DNA of 64,000 bases from Nemertoderma westbladi (lineage: Eukaryota; Animalia; Xenacoelomorpha), in assembly GCA_032718475.1 (NCBI GenBank), contig JAUCBJ010005652.1, positions 75,676 to 139,675 on the forward strand, given 5' to 3'. Numbering within the stretch: position 1 is the stretch's first letter; the number at the start of each line of letters is the position of its first letter. A model generated the notes under the pieces. That model was not told the DNA's origin. It saw only the letters and a program-made list of their open reading frames with translations, and did no database searches. This document shows positions 58,151 to 64,000 of the stretch, piece by piece. A program made the translations under genes and the position numbers.

Positions 58151-60515
58151 GCTTATGTGTACAGTTGAATGTCTACTGCTGTATTACAGTCTGAGCAAGT
58201 CTAGTAACTCAGTATTAACTGCTAGCCTAGTAATTAATTACCGGTACTGCTACTCAGTGTAGCGTGATATATATAATATATTAGAATACCGGTATGCTTA
58301 TAGTATATATAACTATTATTACAGACTAGGTTTATCACAGAATACCGGTATAATTTTAGCACAAATATATATAAATATATAATAGGCCTATCGGAATACC
58401 GGTATACAGCTTACAGTTTGTAGTATATATAATTCTGGACTAGAATTAATTACAAGTACCGGTATAATTTCAGCCTAAATTTATAGAAATAAAGATAATA
58501 GGCCTATCGTAAATACCGGTATGCAGTTTACACATATAGTGTATATATATAAGTATAATTACAAACTAGAATTAATTACAGAATACCGGTATGATTTCAA
58601 CCTAAAATTTATAGAAATAAATATAATAAGCCTATTGTAAATACCGGTATATCAATTATTTTAAATAACTGAATTTCTGAATTTCAAGGGTTACTTGGTT
58701 ACCTTACTTACTTTATTACCGTTATTTGAGCAGTAATCCAACTGATATTGAGACCTAATGGTTGTATGGTAGGCCTACTATTTATAAATCGTTAGATTTG
58801 ATTTATAATATATATATACCCGTTTTAATGGGTTTTGTCAATGTTTGAAATAAATGTTATTATTTCTGGGGAGTAATCACTACACAAAGCGGTGCGCTTT
58901 CAGTGAAGTGTTACTTATAGGACACTAAAACAAATAATGCTAATTTACCTAAGTTACTTAATACTACAAATTACGTACAATTCGGGTGAGATTACAATCT
59001 CTAAATAAACACAAAAATTTACAAAAAACACAAAATACGAATTTTTAGGGTAATTTTACAAGAAGTCTACAAACCAGCCTAACAAAGGGTTAGAAATCTG
59101 GTTATTACAACGGACAGGGTACTGCGGTATTTGAAAATAATACGTAGTAGTAAATACACTGCGTTGTCCAGATAGGAAAATACCACCGCCTGACGACCTA
59201 TAGCCGTATCGCTATAGGTTCTACGTTATGTATCACGGAGTGTTCCTACCTAGAAGTTAATAGAGCTAATCGAACGTGCCTATCAACCACTTTACAACAC
59301 AAATATAATGCCTACACTAATTACTTCGGAAAGTACTGTACAGTAAACCCTAAATTAGGTACGAGTACTTGTACAACAGATAATCAGTAGTTAAATATAC
59401 TTGAACAGCTAAAAGAACCACGGCATCTGCTGGAGTGACCGATGCACAAAATCACCAGTCTTTACCTACGCCAAGCAGCCCGTGTAGTACCGGGGTTAAT
59501 TTAACTATAGCCGTATGTATAACAAACACAATTACTGTAGGAACAAACTTGGGGAATTAATGTTGCGAATAATCGCATAAACTCTGAATAATAAATATTA
59601 CGCTACGCGTACAAACTACTCAAACAAAATGCAGACCGAACACTGACAGACTACTATCAAGCCTAAACAAACTACAGGACATGCAGACTCCGAAATGATT
59701 AGGGAGTATGCGTTCTAACCCAGTAGTACGACTTATTCTTTAGTTGGGGGTTTACCTTACAGCGTTCGCTGCCCCTACTTCCTAACCGTACTTAATCGGA
59801 CAAGTGATCTACACACGCTGCAATCCGCTCAGGCCTAATAACAACCAGACAACTATCCAGCCTACAAATTATCTAAATAAAATTATATGCTACCCGTACA
59901 GACTTACACAAACAAAGTACAGACTAAACGATGACAGACTACTCTCAAGCCTAAATAAACTACAGGACATGCAGACTCCGAAATGATTAGGGAGTATGCG
60001 TTCTAACCCAATAGTACGACTTATTCTTTAGTTGGGGGTTTACCTTACAGCATCTGCTGCCCCTACTTCCTAACCGTACTCAATCGGACAGGTGCTCTAC
60101 ACATACTGTAATCCGTTCAGACCTAACAGCAATCAGACAACAGCTCAGCCTACAAATTGTCTGTACAATCTGATCAGGTTTACACGCCTTCTGTTCAATA
60201 CTGGCCTACTAACAAATAAAACTGACAGAAATAAGTAAGCTCCAAAAGAAACAAGGGGTGTACAGTCCCTAATCTCTTAAACAGCCTACCGGTATACAAC
60301 AATCAAATCGAATAATACTAATGTACTTATACGGGAAGTACCGGTTAGGACAGTTAGGCCTACGGACCTACAGAAGTACCGGTTCTGGCAGTTGGACCTA
60401 CGGGCCTACGGCAGTACCGGTTCTGGCAGTTGGGCCTACTGACCTACAGATGGACCGTTCAGGTTTACCGGTTGACCGGTACTTTCAACTTTATTGCTTA
60501 CTGCAATAAAGAAGC

Positions 60516-60527
60516 TATATCCGTTAT
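60516..60527 (-). promoter_or_regulatory. Non-tRNA primer-binding site of copy C (sense ATAACGGATATA), complementary to LTR 50482-50493
   Basis: Perfect 12-nt inverted match ending at the LTR edge; seen via the intact 3' LTR. Confidence 0.78.
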
Positions 60528-60878
60528 TGTTCGCGCTTTCAGACCTTTGGCAGTTTAACCCGCCAAATTAGGATGTCTTCTAGATAATAAATCACCTTTA
60601 GCCTATGACAAGTATTTAATTCACTACACTAGTCGAAACCAATCTGTGCGCGATCATTCACCCGTTGGATATACCCGGGAGATTGGGTTCGACGGCTTAA
60701 TTTTATTGCTATGTAAGCCTAATGTATTATTCGACTGACAGTATTATATAATCTCTGACAATATTATTCACCTTCGGGAAATATTAACAGTTCCTTTAGG
60801 ACGTGGCGCTCTATCTATATAAACAGAGTTATGACTTAAACTACTCACAACGATATGGCTTAGTTACAATTCACATAT
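60528..60878 (-). repeat. U5-side part of the 5' LTR of copy C
   Basis: Matches 49731-50081, then breaks abruptly. Confidence 0.93.
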
Positions 60879-63800
60879 CCCTGCTAACCAGACACGCTAC
60901 ACGCTATTATACCAAACGTTTGTTTATATGCTTGAATCATGTTGACATGTTTTTTTTCTAAACTTGTTTTAATCAACATGTTATTTTAACATCTAAATAA
61001 CATAATATCCAATCATGTTATAATCAAACATTTGTTGATCACGTTTTAATGATACCTAAATGTAACATGTTTTATCATGTAATTATTTAACATTTGTTTT
61101 ACATGTTATTGTGTAACATAAATCATACATGTTTATTCCAGCTGTTTGTTAAATGCTACTTTGTCGTGTTGAACAAACGTCCTGCACATCATTGCCAATA
61201 TGTCTTAAGGCTGTTTGAATAAACCGCCTAAAATTTACCGCCAAATTCGTTTATAGGCCTATAAATCATGCAGCAGTGCATGCAGTACATCAGTCAGTCA
61301 GTAGACACTCCACTGCCTGCCCCAGCCTACCAGCACCCTCTCCATGCACTCCAGCCACATTCTGAGAGCTTGACAGTAGTGCTGCAGTGTGTAGGCCAGC
61401 TGTTTACTGGTTTAAGTGCTGCAATAGGGTTGACCATACTGCCATATGTTTGTTTACTGCCGTATGCCTATATTAACTGTTTAAGTTATTTTTAATTAAG
61501 CTTCATACTGTCTGACTGTCATAAAATGATAAATCTTTTTATATTATACATTATATGTTATATAGGCCTACATAACATATATAATACATAATATATGTCA
61601 TATACATTATATATTATTTATGTACATTATATAGGCCTAGCAGCCTAGCCTCGCTAATTGTATTGTAATACCAGAATACAGTAATATGTCTGTATGTAAT
61701 GCAGTCAGGCAGTGCAGTGCCAGTAATTCGATGACGACGACAGTTTAGATTGGGCTCTGTCTTCCTGGCGCTGGTTGGTCGAAACAACAGGCAAGCGGCA
61801 AGGGCTGCACTGGCAGACTGGAAAAATATTATGGCCTCCTCGAAATGCCGGCCTACTGTTACCGGTACGTTGGAAAGAATTTTCGAATCCAGATCTTCTG
61901 TCAACTGTCAAGTTGGCCCACATTTAATGCGAAGGTTCTTCACTTAACAGGTTTGTATTGAACTTGAATAGGCTTCTTACACATCGTTATTTCAGTGATT
62001 CAAGTGATTAAAATCCTAATCCTGTAATCTATTTGGATCAAATAGAGGGAAAAAGCGCCGGCGGCCGGAAGTAAATTACACATGCGGTCCCAGGCAGCCA
62101 GCTAAAGATACGCATCAGATTCTGGCGATGAGGTTATTATTTTACTTACTACTAGGCCTTGCTGTTAGGTTTGGCCCACTTGGTACTTTGGGCCGTTTAT
62201 AAATCGTCAGAGCGTGCATATGTATACTGTAATTTAAAATAAAACATGCCTTACTCTGGCTATCTATGGTAGGTAAGTAAATGTTTGCTTTATTTTTTAC
62301 TCATTTCCTCTTTATAAACCAGTCCCCAGTGCAGTGGCAATGTGAAACAGTCTGTGATGGGTTGTGGTGACTTGTGCACGTTGATCTAATTGCTCCAATG
62401 CTACATATGTATATATATTATTATCATTTTAGGTGGAATATATGAGCGACAATGAATCCAATCATGTTTCCAATACGATACTCACACTGATTACCCAGAC
62501 AACTAACAATACGTTGATCATTGATACTCAGAGGTGAAGCCTCTCCCTCTATCTACAACCTAACCCTATTCTAAGACAACACTAAACTCTAGACTTACCT
62601 AACCAAACCCTTTCACTAAGCTACCACTATATATCCCATGGCGATATTTTCTCGAAATATTTTTCCAGTCTCGATGTTTTATATATCGAGACGCTTTTTT
62701 ATACTTTTGGAAGCAGAGACAGAAGTTGGGCGAGACAGAAGTCACAGCCACTCAATGCAATGTCACAACCACTCAATGCTATGTCACAGCCGCTCAATGC
62801 TATGTCACAGCCGCTCAATGCTATGTCACAGCCACTCAAAGCTATGTCACAGACACTCAACGCTATGTCACAGCCACTCAACGCTATCTCACAGGCGCTC
62901 AATGCCATGTCACAGCCACTCAATGCAATGTCACAACCACTCAATGCTATGTCACAGCCGCTCAATGCTATGTCACAGCCGCTCAATGCTATGTCATACC
63001 CACTCAACGCTATGCCACAGCCACCCAACGCTATGTCACAGCCACAGCCACTCAACGCTATCTCACAGGCGCTCAATGCCATGTCACAGCCACTCAACGC
63101 TATGTCACAACCACGCAATGCTATGCCACAGCCACCCAACGCTATGTCACAGCCACTCAACGCTATGTCACAGACACTCAACGCTATGTCACAGCCACTC
63201 AACGTATTGTCACAGCCACCCAACGCTTTGTCACAACAACCACTCAACCGCTATGCCACACTGCCACAGCCACCCAACGCTATGTCACATCACAACCACC
63301 CAACGCTATGTCACAGCCGCCCAATGCTATGTCACATCCACTCAATGCTTTGTCACAGCCACTCAACGCTATGTCACAGCCACTCAACGCTATGTCACAG
63401 CCACTCAACGCTATGTCACAGCCAATCAACGCTAGCCACCCAACGTTATGTCACAGCCAATCAACGCTATGTCACAGCCACTCAATGCTATGCCACAGTC
63501 ACCCAACGCTATGTCACAGCCGCCCAATGCTATGTCACAGCCGCTCAACGCTATGCCACAGCCACCCAACGCTATGTCACATCACAACCACCCAACGCTA
63601 TGTCACAGCCGCTCAATGCTATGTCACAGCCGCTCAATGCTATGTCACAGCCACTCAAAGCTATGTCACAGCCACTCAACGCTATGTCACAGCCAATCAA
63701 CGCTATGTCACAGCCACTCAATGCTATGCCACAGCCACCCAACGCTATGTCACAGCCGCTCAATGCTATGTCACAGCCGATCAATGCGTCACAGCCGCTC

Positions 63801-64000
63801 AATGCTTTGTCACAGCCACTCAAAGCTATGTCACAGCCACTCAACGCTATGTCACAGTTACTCAACGCTATGTCACAGCCACTCAACGCTATGCCACAGC
63901 CACTCAATTCTATGCCACAGCCACCCAACGCTATGTCACAGTCACCCAACGCTGGCCACCCATCGCTGGCCACCCAACGCTGTGTCACAGTCACCCAACG
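60879..64000. mobile_element. Probable CACTA-like insertion into the copy C LTR (other end not seen)
   Basis: LTR identity stops at CACATAT|CCCTGCTAACC. The CCC start and subterminal AACATGTT repeats resemble the other CCC..GGG elements. The right boundary is not visible. Confidence 0.5.
62740..64000. repeat. 21-bp satellite (GCTATGTCACAGCCACTCAAC)
   Basis: Direct tandem periodicity running to the window end. Confidence 0.95.

Larger units (their letters stand above)
49731..60878 (-). mobile_element. Non-autonomous BEL/Pao-type LTR retrotransposon copy C; 5' LTR interrupted at 60878
   Basis: 3' LTR at 49731-50934. The 5' LTR starts at 60528 and matches the 3' LTR up to 60878. Carries a Gag-protease ORF and the accessory region. 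Confidence 0.95.

Noticed and set aside
62638-63994. His/Cys-rich proteins from ORFs 62638..63435, 62699..63247 and 63572..63994
   Set aside because: Translations of a 21-bp satellite that is open on both strands.

Overview
Repeat-rich, AT-rich eukaryotic DNA, most likely from an invertebrate animal. It holds three intronless-looking host genes (a HEXD-like GH20 hexosaminidase, MRPL48 and LSG1), a BEN-domain ORF and a disrupted KH-like ORF. These lie among nested transposons: RTE and other LINEs, a Tc1 fragment, CACTA-like CCC..GGG elements, hAT MITEs, a tRNA-SINE, a Helentron-associated-like element and several satellites. Nearly half the window is three diverged, same-orientation copies (A, B, C) of one BEL/Pao-type LTR family. 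B and C encode only Gag-protease (no RT or integrase) plus a conserved 3' accessory ORF; A is cut by the window edge. The main finding is that none of the three has a tRNA primer-binding site. Instead, the 11-12 nt abutting each 5' LTR differ between copies, yet each is the exact reverse complement of a homologous site ~750-790 nt inside its own LTR, and the pairing ends at the LTR edge. This is compensatory covariation expected of Tf1-like self-primed reverse transcription, which I do not know to be described for BEL/Pao elements. A second notable signal is seven CTCF-like motifs at ~146-bp spacing inside a mobile element. Coordinates were counted by eye and no database searches were run.
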